IMG/VR virus record: IMGVR_UViG_3300042465_001631
Coordinates: 1 to 61,871 of that record
Reading direction: 5' to 3' (one strand)
DNA: 61,871 nt
Source: a virus
Lineage: Duplodnaviria; Caudoviricetes
This document shows, in pieces, positions 50,311 through 59,414 of the stretch (the first letter of the stretch is position 1; each line of letters opens with the position of its first letter). A model generated the notes under the pieces. It was not told where the DNA came from and made no database searches. It saw nothing but the letters and a program-made list of their open reading frames with translations. The translations under genes were made by a program, and so were the position numbers.

Positions 50311-50655
50311 TTAGTTGGTTCGTCGGTCTTCCTTATACTTGTCGATCACGTCCCTATATGTAAACTCCTTTGGATCCAAAACCTTTGGTAATTTATTAGC
50401 TTGTCTATACAGTCGAGCCTTCTCGTTTATAACGTCCTTGTTTTTATGTCGGTACGTCTTACGGTACTCGTTAGCCTTGTCCTTCTCGAGTTGCAATACG
50501 TTAGCCCTCGACTCATTCCGTTGGTTCTCCTGCATTAAAAAATTAATATAAACACTTTCACAATCAAAACAATTATCAACACGTCCACGAGTCAAAAATT
50601 CATTCTCTTGAAATTCTCTAGGTTCTTTTTCCAAACCACATTTTAAACACTTCAT
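50311..50655 (-). CDS. Zinc-finger (CxxC...CxxC) protein
   Basis: MKCLKCGLEK...CFDC plus basic helix. Confidence 0.55.
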   Translation of the reverse strand: MKCLKCGLEKEPREFQENEFLTRGRVDNCFDCESVYINFLMQENQRNESRANVLQLEKDKANEYRKTYRHKNKDVINEKARLYRQANKLPKVLDPKEFTYRDVIDKYKEDRRTN

Positions 50656-51052
50656 ACTTTTGTAAATTAAATAGCCCAATAAAAAAATGTAGGTTCTCAT
50701 GCTACATAAATTTAAAGGGCTTAGTCTTTTTAAGTTGCCATATTTGAGAACGCAACCGAAATACAAAGATACAAAATATAAACCAATATATAAATTAGTG
50801 TCGATTATTATATATTGGTGTCGACCTTATGACGATTTTACGACGAAAATAAACCACAAAAAATCAATGAATATAAGTCCTAACGTAAATTAGTGTCGTG
50901 GTGACGTTTTTATAGTCAATACTAGCTATATATACATCTCCCCTTTTTAAATACTTTTTTTTATCTCATAACATTAAAAAAAATCAGAATGAAATGATAA
51001 AATCCTTCTTAGCCCTTTGATACCAAGACTTAAGACCATGACAAACTTTTTT

Positions 51053-51128
51053 AAAAACGTCGTAAAAACGTCGCAAGAATTAAAAAAACGTCGCAGCCCT
51101 TGTAAACATTGGTATAAAAACGTCGCAG
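51053..51128. repeat. Four AAAAACGTCG direct repeats in the large intergenic region (iteron-like)
   Basis: Copies at 51053, 51064, 51084, 51116. Confidence 0.8.
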
Positions 51129-51473
51129 TCAATGACACCAAGGGTTCACGTTGTTTATTGTTTTTATTGGTATTTTGATTCTAAGGAATAAACTCAGGAT
51201 TTTAATGCTAGTGTATGTATTGGTTTATTATCGTGGCGCAAATGTAGCTTAAAATCGATTTAGGAGGTCGCACGTGCTGACTAACCCCCGTTAGTTAAAT
51301 TTACTCAAAATATCATTTACATATTATAGTACTAATAATGATAAAAGCCCTATTCTATTGACTTGTATAATATCTTTATGGTTAAACCCTATTAATCAAA
51401 ACAAACTATCGTTGATAATCAAGTAGTTAGAAAATAAACTGTTAAAGTTTTCCCAATTTTTTAGCAAGTATAG

Positions 51474-51503
51474 TTTGTAATTCAAACATGCGTTGTAAGT
51501 TTG
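51474..51503 (+). promoter_or_regulatory. Early promoter TTTG-N18-TAAGTTTG; a second similar element at 51558-51589
   Basis: Bacteroidota -33/-7 consensus; both elements end in TTTGTACCA. Confidence 0.55.
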
Positions 51504-51799
51504 TACCAGCAAAACAGATAAAGGATATTATTTAAAATCATAAAGTTTTGTTAAAAATTTGCAGGTATCAAATAAAAGTATTTAATTTGTACCATAATAA
51601 TAAAGCAGTAAAATATTCAGGTTGACGTGTTTAAAAACATTAGTTAACGGTGTTGAGGTCGAAAGGCTTCCGCCAGGTTTAATAAACTTATGCAATGCGC
51701 TTGCATATCTTTATTAAGCGATATAAGACTATATTATTGTGATATATTAACGGTGGTTCGCAACCCCTATAGTCTACTAACATTTAAACACTATGCATT

Positions 51800-52174
51800 A
51801 TGAACACAAATTTAAAAAATGCAGTTTTAGAACAAATAGGAATTTCAAAAAAAGAATTTAAAAACAATGCTTCAGATTATGCGGATGCATCAAACGGGGT
51901 AAGCGGTTTTATTTACTGTTCAGATACTCACAAATTTGCCTTAGATAATCAAAACGAAATTAACAACCTATTGGATGAACTTGCAGACGACCAAGGAATT
52001 GAAGTCGTGGAACTAGTGAAAAGTTTCGGAGTGTTCAGAGGAAATATGGATAAAGAAGAATTAAAAGACCTTTATAAATTCATATCAGGAAATAAAAACA
52101 TAAAACAAGGAAGCGTAACAAACGTTTTAGCGTGGTTATGCGTAGAACAATTATCTTTCGAACTTAATAACTAA
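51800..52174 (+). CDS. First early gene, hypothetical
   Basis: GVSGFIY motif. Confidence 0.7.
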   Translation: MNTNLKNAVLEQIGISKKEFKNNASDYADASNGVSGFIYCSDTHKFALDNQNEINNLLDELADDQGIEVVELVKSFGVFRGNMDKEELKDLYKFISGNKNIKQGSVTNVLAWLCVEQLSFELNN

Positions 52175-52288
52175 CATCATGAAAAAAACAGCCCTACAAT
52201 TAATAATCGCCACTATTGGCATATTAACAACATCGAGCCTAGTATTAATCGCGTGTATCATAGCAGGCATAATAACACTATTGAAATA

Positions 52289-52498
52289 ATGGAAGCAACA
52301 TTTTATAAATTTGGAACGAATAAACACGGATATTTTGTACAAGACAAAACAATTGACTTTAAAAAAGAAATAAGCAAAAAGGACTTGTTTAATATGGTTA
52401 AACTAGATCACCCAGTATTAAGCAACAAAGATTATTTTAATATCTTACTAAGTAAAAAAACTTTTTTAAGTAGCAACCATTATATAACAATATTATGA
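52289..52498 (+). CDS. Early hypothetical protein
   Basis: ORF track; start at ATG 52289. Confidence 0.5.
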   Translation: MEATFYKFGTNKHGYFVQDKTIDFKKEISKKDLFNMVKLDHPVLSNKDYFNILLSKKTFLSSNHYITIL

Positions 52499-52737
52499 AA
52501 ACATTTTATTTAAACAACAGCGCAAAGCACCACGTTAACGAGTACACGAACCAAGACGGCAACCACTATTCCGACCTAATAAGCTATGAGACACGCGTCG
52601 CCAGTTACAACCACACCACAAATGAAATAAGCGTATACGGTTGGCATAGTAACACAACACAAAAACACGTTAACGCCTTCTTAGAATTTTACGGCTTCGA
52701 CAAACAAACTAAACAACAACTTTTAAATCAAATATAA
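52495..52737 (+). CDS. Early hypothetical protein
   Basis: LISYETRVA...SNTTQKHVNAF. Confidence 0.65.
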   Translation: MKTFYLNNSAKHHVNEYTNQDGNHYSDLISYETRVASYNHTTNEISVYGWHSNTTQKHVNAFLEFYGFDKQTKQQLLNQI

Positions 52738-52738
52738 C

Positions 52739-52987
52739 ATGAGTTATTTAACACTACCAAAACGGGTTTCAAACAGCCCGTTAATCGATTATAAAAATTA
52801 TCCAGACGGATCATATATTAACCTTATAAAGTTAATAAAACCATACGCCAACGGCAACGCTTGGGCAGTACATGAGACCACTTCTAATCCATTTTGCTCA
52901 AATGGTTTATTTAAAACCGAACAACAAGCTAGAGATAAATTTGACCTAATGGTAAGAAATAACAAAGATAAAACAGTAAAATCATGA
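52739..52987 (+). CDS. Early hypothetical protein
   Basis: Coupled ORF. Confidence 0.6.
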   Translation: MSYLTLPKRVSNSPLIDYKNYPDGSYINLIKLIKPYANGNAWAVHETTSNPFCSNGLFKTEQQARDKFDLMVRNNKDKTVKS

Positions 52988-53181
52988 CATACAGCGAAAA
53001 AATAGAGAAACAAATTGAGAACGGATCCATAGATACAAAAGACTTACAATGTGATTTTTTTAATTATCTAGTATTAAACGGATATAATAGAGACGAAGCA
53101 AATAATTTCACACGTAACAACTTTGAAAATTTACTAACATTTGAACAAAACAAGCAAAATTTTAAAAAATACATATCATGA
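52984..53181 (+). CDS. Early hypothetical protein
   Basis: Coupled ORF. Confidence 0.55.
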   Translation: MTYSEKIEKQIENGSIDTKDLQCDFFNYLVLNGYNRDEANNFTRNNFENLLTFEQNKQNFKKYIS

Positions 53182-53320
53182 CAACATATAAATATTTAGC
53201 CGAGACAGCAGACAGACGCACGGCACAATACAAGAAAGTACAAAACGACTTAGACGAACTAATACAAAAGTACGGCTACAACTCAAAACAAGTAAATAAA
53301 TACTTTAATAAAGAAATACT

Positions 53321-53647
53321 ATGACACAAACAGAAATAATCCAATCACTGGATAACTGCATTGAAATTGCAAAAAATTCAGAAAATAAGTATATTGAGAA
53401 CAGGCTTACGGAAATTGCAAATTCCTTAATGAATGACAGCGTAAAACACGCAAAACAGACATTAAAAGACGCTGGGTACTTCGTAGACAACCTTTGGCAC
53501 GTGAACGATGTACAGGACAACTTCGAGTGCGACGAAGAAACGGCTCAAAATATATTGTATTGGAGTATGACTAGTCCAGCAGTGATTGAGTACATTAACG
53601 AGACAATAAACAGAGTAGCAACAAACGAACAACTTAACACAAAATAA
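53321..53647 (+). CDS. Early hypothetical protein
   Basis: ORF track. Confidence 0.6.
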   Translation: MTQTEIIQSLDNCIEIAKNSENKYIENRLTEIANSLMNDSVKHAKQTLKDAGYFVDNLWHVNDVQDNFECDEETAQNILYWSMTSPAVIEYINETINRVATNEQLNTK

Positions 53648-53707
53648 CATGGAAATAATAGTTTTTGAACAAGACAACAAACAAGTAATTCAAAAAGGAA
53701 ATAGAAT

Positions 53708-53929
53708 ATGAAAGCCGAATATATTAAGATGCGCAACACTAAGCAGTATAACCTTAGTTGGTTCCACAGATACTACCTAGAGAGCAGTAAAGACAACATC
53801 AACATTAACAAGTTCGCCATGATATTCAATCAGGTATCGCTTGACAACATTTTGGAACACCTTGATAAGAAGTACGACCTAACGGGATTGTACGATAAAA
53901 ATAATAACTTAATAAAAATAGTATTATGA
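53708..53929 (+). CDS. Early hypothetical protein
   Basis: ORF track. Confidence 0.6.
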   Translation: MKAEYIKMRNTKQYNLSWFHRYYLESSKDNININKFAMIFNQVSLDNILEHLDKKYDLTGLYDKNNNLIKIVL

Positions 53930-54168
53930 TTATCATTAACGGAAGGTGGACAACCCAATACGGTGAGCCACTAACAACACCACAACAACATCAGGACTTC
54001 ACGGACAGGCTAAACAGAGTTAAGCAGTTCGCCTCTGGCAGGACGTTAACGCCTAGAAAAGTTGAGGTATTGTTTAAGATACTTGACACCAACGAGGTTA
54101 CAGATAATGCCATGACAAAGTTATTGGAGATGAGTAAAAAAGAAATAAAGAACCTATGTTTGGTATAG
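53926..54168 (+). CDS. Early hypothetical protein
   Basis: Coupled ORF. Confidence 0.6.
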   Translation: MIIINGRWTTQYGEPLTTPQQHQDFTDRLNRVKQFASGRTLTPRKVEVLFKILDTNEVTDNAMTKLLEMSKKEIKNLCLV

Positions 54169-54470
54169 GCGACAAAGTAGTATGCGTTGATTCAAGTAAG
54201 CAACCGCAAACGGCAGACGAATTAGCGATAGACGTACCTAATTGGGTGCAGCAGGATAAAAGGTACACAATACGAGCTATAGAACATCACGACTTCGGTG
54301 CGGTAGGCGTACTATTGGAAGAAATTGTAAACCAACCAAAGTATTTTAGGTTGGTAGGTAAAGTAAAGGAGCCAATGTTTGCAGAATGGCGCTTCAAAAA
54401 ACTAAAAGAAAATGAAATTAAACAACAACATTATGAAAATATCAATTTACAAGAAAGGATTTACGGGTAG
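54156..54470 (+). CDS. Early hypothetical protein (SH3-like, F.IGDKVVC)
   Basis: ORF track. Confidence 0.6.
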   Translation: MFGIGDKVVCVDSSKQPQTADELAIDVPNWVQQDKRYTIRAIEHHDFGAVGVLLEEIVNQPKYFRLVGKVKEPMFAEWRFKKLKENEIKQQHYENINLQERIYG

Positions 54471-54699
54471 ACTATTCGATGTATACACTTCAGACGAGTT
54501 CTTTAAGCAGGAGTTTGTTATGAAGGTTAGTTGGAATAAGATAGAGTTCACGAGACCTACGGTAGACACGAAGACTAAGATCAGGAGAGCCTCAAAAAAC
54601 AACAAAGGATTTAGATTTACGATAGCACTTGATGAAGACGCATGTGGCAAGTATGATATAGAACAAGACGAAGATAAACTAATAGTACAACTAGTATGA
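54433..54699 (+). CDS. Early hypothetical protein
   Basis: ORF track. Confidence 0.55.
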   Translation: MKISIYKKGFTGRLFDVYTSDEFFKQEFVMKVSWNKIEFTRPTVDTKTKIRRASKNNKGFRFTIALDEDACGKYDIEQDEDKLIVQLV

Positions 54700-54890
54700 C
54701 AACAGTAGAATATTTACTAAAAAAACTTGAAACAGATGAGCTTTGTATTGAACAAGCCAAAGAATTTGAAAAAGAAATGTTATTCCAATGTTGGAAAGCA
54801 TCAGAGCAGAATATGAGATCTCAGTTCAGCAGTTCAGCATACAAGAACATAACATTCGATACGTGGTTTAAACAATTTAAAAAGAAATAA
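54696..54890 (+). CDS. Early hypothetical protein
   Basis: T.VEYL...EQAKE.EKE. Confidence 0.55.
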   Translation: MTTVEYLLKKLETDELCIEQAKEFEKEMLFQCWKASEQNMRSQFSSSAYKNITFDTWFKQFKKK

Positions 54891-55148
54891 GATGAAAGCA
54901 ATATTAGAAGTTATAATAATATTATTTTTTATAATTGGTGTTTTTACGATTGCAGGAATAGTAATAGAATATTTAGTAAACAAATTTAGTAAATAAAATG
55001 AAGCCATCAGAAGTAAAAAGTATTAGATTAATGACCAGAGTATCTCAAAAAGAAATTGATGCTTTAGGAGGTCGTAAAAACGTATTAAAACTACTCAAGG
55101 CTATAGTAAGAATAAGATTAGATAACAAGTTAGAAATAATAAAACAAT

Positions 55149-55541
55149 ATGAACATCAGAGAGCAAATTTTTGAACAAGCCTACAGCGATAGGTTAGGAG
55201 TTAAGATAACAACGCCAGACTCGGTATCTGTAATTTACAGAGGCGTTAAGGTAGAGAATAAAGACGGTAAGGCAAGGGTACTAAACATGTCCCTCAATGG
55301 AGACTTTTATAAGGAGATAACGCAGGATCAGTACGATATATTCCTTAAGTACGGATTCAGGAGAGGCGTATACGAGGTATGCATGACAAACTATAAGCGC
55401 ACGTTAGAGATGCTATCTAAGAGTATAAGCAACGAAGTATCCAAGCGCAATAATGTAAAGCATTACGAGGCTTTAAAAGAGTACAGAAACACAATAATGA
55501 CAAAAATTACCGATACATTAAAATTAAAACAAGCAATATGA
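55149..55541 (+). CDS. Hypothetical protein
   Basis: ORF track. Confidence 0.65.
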   Translation: MNIREQIFEQAYSDRLGVKITTPDSVSVIYRGVKVENKDGKARVLNMSLNGDFYKEITQDQYDIFLKYGFRRGVYEVCMTNYKRTLEMLSKSISNEVSKRNNVKHYEALKEYRNTIMTKITDTLKLKQAI

Positions 55542-55888
55542 GAACATTAGAAGAAGTAAAACAACATTTTAAAGGAGTAGAGACAGCAAAATGTTTCGTA
55601 AATGGTAAAAAATTTAACTTTGAAGATGCAGACGAAAGAGGTATACATTGGGAGCTTAATAGTTTTTGGATTACAAACAAAAAAAATGGTCATGCAAGTA
55701 TGGTATATTCTACAATAAGTAATGAATTTGCTGAAATAATTGAAAAAGAAAATGTATTCCAATTCTATTCAGAAATATTAGACGAGTGGTTAGAATTGTC
55801 ACCTGACAGAAAATACAGAATTAAACCAGATCATTCAATAGAGATTGCAGAGTTAGAGAGAAAAATTGAAATCTTAAAAAATTTATAA
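55538..55888 (+). CDS. Hypothetical protein
   Basis: Coupled ORF. Confidence 0.6.
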   Translation: MRTLEEVKQHFKGVETAKCFVNGKKFNFEDADERGIHWELNSFWITNKKNGHASMVYSTISNEFAEIIEKENVFQFYSEILDEWLELSPDRKYRIKPDHSIEIAELERKIEILKNL

Positions 55889-55889
55889 C

Positions 55890-56138
55890 ATGAGACTAGA
55901 CGACAACTACAGTATTGACACAAAAGGAGCAGGAACAGTTCTAAACTTCCAACAACAACGCCAGAGAGAAAAGAATAAAGTAATGGTAGATTTCATCCAC
56001 AAAGACAGTTGGTTCTTCTTATCTTTGCCACAGGCATTGAATAAGTACTTAGATTTAAAGTTAGAAGGATCAGAGGACGTTAAGGACTGTTTAAATAAGA
56101 TCGAAGAGGTTAGACAAATAATTAAACAAATTAAATAA
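55890..56138 (+). CDS. Hypothetical protein
   Basis: ORF track. Confidence 0.6.
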   Translation: MRLDDNYSIDTKGAGTVLNFQQQRQREKNKVMVDFIHKDSWFFLSLPQALNKYLDLKLEGSEDVKDCLNKIEEVRQIIKQIK

Positions 56139-56142
56139 AATT

Positions 56143-56655
56143 ATGGGAAACTGGAGAAATTCATTTACATCGCCATTTATGGCAAGTTGGGATATAGACA
56201 AGCCAACAATATTAACGATAGAATCTGTAGAACAGAAAGTTGTGCAGTTACAAAAGTCAGAGCAAAAAGTATTAGCAACATTTGTTGAGAAAAAGTTTGA
56301 CAACGGAGAGGAAGTTAAAAAGATGATATTAAATGCGTCAAATTGCAAAATACTTCATAAAGCTACAAATTCAAACAACACAGATAACTGGAAAGGTATT
56401 AAAGTTGAGATTGGAGTAATTGCCAACAAAGGAAGGATTGGAAACGAACTTGGATTATCTATTTTAAGGGTTATCGGAACGCAACAAACACCAACGGTAA
56501 TTGAACTAAAAATTGACGACGCAAATTGGAGTAAGGTATTGGAATACATAAAAGCTAATAAACACTTAGGATTGGCTCCAATAGTAAAAAACCTACAATC
56601 AAAATATACTATATCAACAGATGTTAAAAAAGAACTTGGAAAAATACTAGGATAA
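56143..56655 (+). CDS. Putative recombination/ssDNA-annealing-associated protein
   Basis: K.MILNASN...W.G.KV pattern; directly upstream of the exonuclease. Confidence 0.45.
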   Translation: MGNWRNSFTSPFMASWDIDKPTILTIESVEQKVVQLQKSEQKVLATFVEKKFDNGEEVKKMILNASNCKILHKATNSNNTDNWKGIKVEIGVIANKGRIGNELGLSILRVIGTQQTPTVIELKIDDANWSKVLEYIKANKHLGLAPIVKNLQSKYTISTDVKKELGKILG

Positions 56656-56657
56656 AT

Positions 56658-57380
56658 ATGAAAGAAATAATAAATAATTTAAGAGATGATTCTAAATATT
56701 ATGGATCATACGGAGACCAATTCTTATCAAATAGCTCAGTAGGAGTATTACTAAATAATCCTAAATTATTTGGAGTAAAGCAACAACCAACCGTGCCAAT
56801 GCTACAAGGTAGCTACTTCCATACAGCACTTCTGGAACCTGAGAAGTTAAACAACTTTGAAATAGTTGAAGCAAGTACAAGGAATACAAATATTTATAAA
56901 GACGCTTCAAATGGTACATTATTACTTCTTAAAAATGAAGTAGATAATCTAAATGAAATGATTAAAACTATCAAATCTAATTTTAAATTTTATGAAGATA
57001 TTTATTCAGAAGGAAATGTATATGAAGAACCAGCGGTAAAAGAACTGTTTGGGCACCAATTCAAAGGTAAGTGCGATATTATAACAAATGATTTTTTAAT
57101 TGATATAAAAACAACATCAAGCATTAAAGATTTTAAATGGTCAGCTCGTAAATACAATTACGATTCGCAATCGTTTATATACCAACATTTATTTGGGAAA
57201 CCATTAGTTTTTTATGTAATAGATAAAACAACACTTGACTTAGGTATTTTTGAATGTTCTGAAGAATTTATAATGAATGGAAGAGCTAAAGTATTGGAAG
57301 CAATAGGAATTTATGAAAAGTTTTATGGTAAAAAGGCTTCAGAAGATATAAATAATTTCTTTTTGCAAGAAGAATTGTAA
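56658..57380 (+). CDS. RecE/Exo VIII-like PD-(D/E)xK exonuclease (DUF3799)
   Basis: LSNS, GSYFHTALLEP, KGKCD, IDIKTT, Y..Q...Y. Confidence 0.85.
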   Translation: MKEIINNLRDDSKYYGSYGDQFLSNSSVGVLLNNPKLFGVKQQPTVPMLQGSYFHTALLEPEKLNNFEIVEASTRNTNIYKDASNGTLLLLKNEVDNLNEMIKTIKSNFKFYEDIYSEGNVYEEPAVKELFGHQFKGKCDIITNDFLIDIKTTSSIKDFKWSARKYNYDSQSFIYQHLFGKPLVFYVIDKTTLDLGIFECSEEFIMNGRAKVLEAIGIYEKFYGKKASEDINNFFLQEEL

Positions 57381-57403
57381 TTATTATATTATATTTGCAT
57401 TTC

Positions 57404-57473
57404 AGCTACGTGGTATAGTGGTATTATATTGAGTTTTTCCTCATTGAGGCAGGTTCGATTCCTGTCGTAGTGC
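57404..57473 (+). tRNA. tRNA-like cloverleaf with a 6-nt anticodon loop (pseudo-tRNA, identity unassignable)
   Basis: GCTACG/CGTAGT acceptor, TAGTGGTA D-loop, TGAG/CTCA stem, GCAGG-TTCGATT-CCTGT T-arm; TATATTTG promoter at 57390. Confidence 0.55.
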
Positions 57474-57531
57474 TAAACAAACAGGGTAGCCGAAAACTGA
57501 TTAGAGTAGGCGAATTTAAAATAAAATAAAA

Positions 57532-57855
57532 ATGGAATTAACAGGGAAAATTGAAGTAATTAGTTTGAATGTAGGAAATGAAAAATTCAAAAAAAGCGAA
57601 TTAGTAGTAACCACAGATGAAAAATATACACAAAGTATCTTAATTGAGTTTGGTGGTGATAAATCAGACTTAATAGATGCTTATAAAGTAGGAGACGAAG
57701 TAGAGGTATCGATTAATATTGGAGGTAGAAAATGGACTAATCCAGAAGGTATTGACAAGTACTTCAATTCGATAAAGGGATGGAAAATCAAAAAACTATC
57801 TGAAGAGGCACAACCAACGCAAGCACAGGAACTAGCAGATATTCTTCCATTCTAA
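57532..57855 (+). CDS. DUF3127 single-stranded DNA-binding protein
   Basis: MELTGKI...VGDEVEVSINIGGRKW...YFNSIKGWKI; DILPF tail. Confidence 0.85.
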   Translation: MELTGKIEVISLNVGNEKFKKSELVVTTDEKYTQSILIEFGGDKSDLIDAYKVGDEVEVSINIGGRKWTNPEGIDKYFNSIKGWKIKKLSEEAQPTQAQELADILPF

Positions 57856-57862
57856 ACTAACT

Positions 57863-57889
57863 AAGCCTCCTGTAAAACGGAGGCTTTTT
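57863..57889 (+). terminator. Intrinsic terminator
   Basis: AAGCCTCC...GGAGGCTTTTT. Confidence 0.75.
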
Positions 57890-57902
57890 AACAAAACAAA
57901 TT

Positions 57903-58109
57903 ATGAAAAACACAATAAATTATTTAGGACACGAGTTTGAATATAGATTCAGTTATTCACCAGGAAGACCAGCAACTCACGAAGATCCAGAAGAATATGA
58001 AGAGTTTGATATTTACGACATTACATTAAATGGTATAGACGCAACTGACTTATTAGACAGACAAATTGATGATTTTGAAGGAGAAGTAATTAGATACCTT
58101 AAAGACTAA
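57903..58109 (+). CDS. Small acidic hypothetical protein
   Basis: ORF track. Confidence 0.6.
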   Translation: MKNTINYLGHEFEYRFSYSPGRPATHEDPEEYEEFDIYDITLNGIDATDLLDRQIDDFEGEVIRYLKD

Positions 58110-58207
58110 TGGAAAATATAGCAGCATTTTTAGTAGGATGTTTCTTCGTCCTATTTATATGGGTAAATACTTGGATCTATGAACAGTGGAATAATAAATT
58201 GAAGTAA
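58109..58207 (+). CDS. 32 aa membrane peptide whose TAA stop forms the first TAAC core of the array
   Basis: TAATG coupling; MENIAAFLVGCFFVLFIWV... Confidence 0.45.
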   Translation: MENIAAFLVGCFFVLFIWVNTWIYEQWNNKLK

Positions 58208-58233
58208 CGGATGGTGTTACCGCTAGTTGTGGG
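58204..58233 (-). repeat. Half attC-like site at the array's left end
   Basis: GTAACGGATGGTGTTACCGCTAGTTGTGGG resembles the left arms of sites G and D; no matching right arm found. Confidence 0.45.
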
Positions 58234-58276
58234 TTTTTACCGAAAAATTAATTATAAATACTAAATACAAAAAAAT

Positions 58277-58810
58277 ATGGGATGTGATATACACAGTTTT
58301 GCCGAAATAAAAAGAAACGGTAAATGGGAAAAAGTAGGAGAACATTTTTCGTTAGGAGAATGGGAAAAAGAATATTATAAAAAAGAAAAAAACGACAGTC
58401 CTTTTGATTGGAGAAGTTATTCAATGTTTGCATTTTTAGCTGATGTTAGAAATTATGACCATTGCGAACCAATAAGCGAACCAAAAGGAATACCCGAAGA
58501 TGTTTGTGACGAAATCAAAAGCGAATATGATGATTGGGAAAGTGACGCACATTCATCGTCTTACTTGACACTAAAAGAACTTTTAGATTTTGATTACGAT
58601 AAAGTGTTTTGGAACAGAAGAATTAATAGAACTACGTATAATGAAAATGGTGGTAGTTATACTAACGGAGCGTCATTAGCAGAAGAAGGAGAAGGAACTA
58701 ATGTAACGTATAGAGAAAATCTAGGAGAATTTTTCTTTATTCATTTGAAAGAATTGGAAGAATTAGGAAATCCTGATGAAGTCAGAATAGTTTTTTGGTT
58801 CGACAATTAA
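58277..58810 (+). CDS. Hypothetical phage protein (MGCDIH family) in the first, degenerate cassette
   Basis: MGCDIH...RSYSMFAFLADVRN...RIVFWFDN. Confidence 0.8.
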   Translation: MGCDIHSFAEIKRNGKWEKVGEHFSLGEWEKEYYKKEKNDSPFDWRSYSMFAFLADVRNYDHCEPISEPKGIPEDVCDEIKSEYDDWESDAHSSSYLTLKELLDFDYDKVFWNRRINRTTYNENGGSYTNGASLAEEGEGTNVTYRENLGEFFFIHLKELEELGNPDEVRIVFWFDN

Positions 58811-58849
58811 CTAAATTTCATTAAGAACCGCTAATGTAGTAATTAGCAT

Positions 58850-58978
58850 CTAACGGCTGCGGGTAGCATTGCAGAGCGGGATTTGAAACCGCTACACTAT
58901 CCACCGCTACAAAAAGATATTGAAAGCAGTAAAGTTAAATATGCCGTAATACCCCGCTTTGCTGCTACCCGTTGTTAG
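58850..58978 (-). repeat. attC-like site A
   Basis: Same as 1-129. Confidence 0.8.
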
Positions 58979-59003
58979 GGGCTGGTATTAATAAATAAAC
59001 AAA

Positions 59004-59255
59004 ATGCAAGTTGAAAAATTACCGCAAGACGATTGGAAATTAGACAAAATTGAGTTAGAATTTAAATCTTATGGTGAAGACCAAGGAAAATACGTTGGTA
59101 AAATTCGTTTTCAAAATGGCGAATACGAAAGTTTTTCTTTTAAAATAAGACCTGATATGGCACAGCCTTATATTGAATTAATAGGTGCTGATATTGTTAA
59201 ATGTGCTGAGTCGCTTGGAGCAAGATTGGCTGAGTCACTTGGATTAAAGAAGTAG
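59004..59255 (+). CDS. Cassette-borne hypothetical protein (83 aa)
   Basis: Identical to 155-406. Confidence 0.8.
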   Translation: MQVEKLPQDDWKLDKIELEFKSYGEDQGKYVGKIRFQNGEYESFSFKIRPDMAQPYIELIGADIVKCAESLGARLAESLGLKK

Positions 59256-59283
59256 TAAAATCGGGGCGAGGTTATACTTGCCC

Positions 59284-59414
59284 CTAACGGTATCTCGCTT
59301 TGTGTCAGTGGCGGATTAAAAAAGACTGACTTTCCGATTAATAACTAAACATACAAAAATGCAAGAAACATTAAATTTAGACCAAAACCCGCCATTGCAC
59401 AAAACTAGTGTTAG
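59284..59414 (-). repeat. attC-like site B
   Basis: CTAAC...TTTGTG-t-CAGTGGCGG ... CCGCCATTG-CACAAA...GTTAG. Confidence 0.75.

Larger units (their letters stand above)
58850..59289. repeat. Exact 440-bp duplicate of 1-440 (site A + 83 aa gene)
   Basis: Identity starts at CTAAC and ends at the CTAACG of the next site. Confidence 0.9.

Noticed and set aside
51278-51297. Extra attC-like site TGACTAAC-CCCC-GTTAGTTA
   Set aside because: It has the two cores but only a 4 nt loop, no inner arms and no adjacent cassette; likely an unrelated small hairpin.
57485-57511. Hammerhead ribozyme (GAAA and CTGA present)
   Set aside because: The CUGANGA core and the three required stems are not present.
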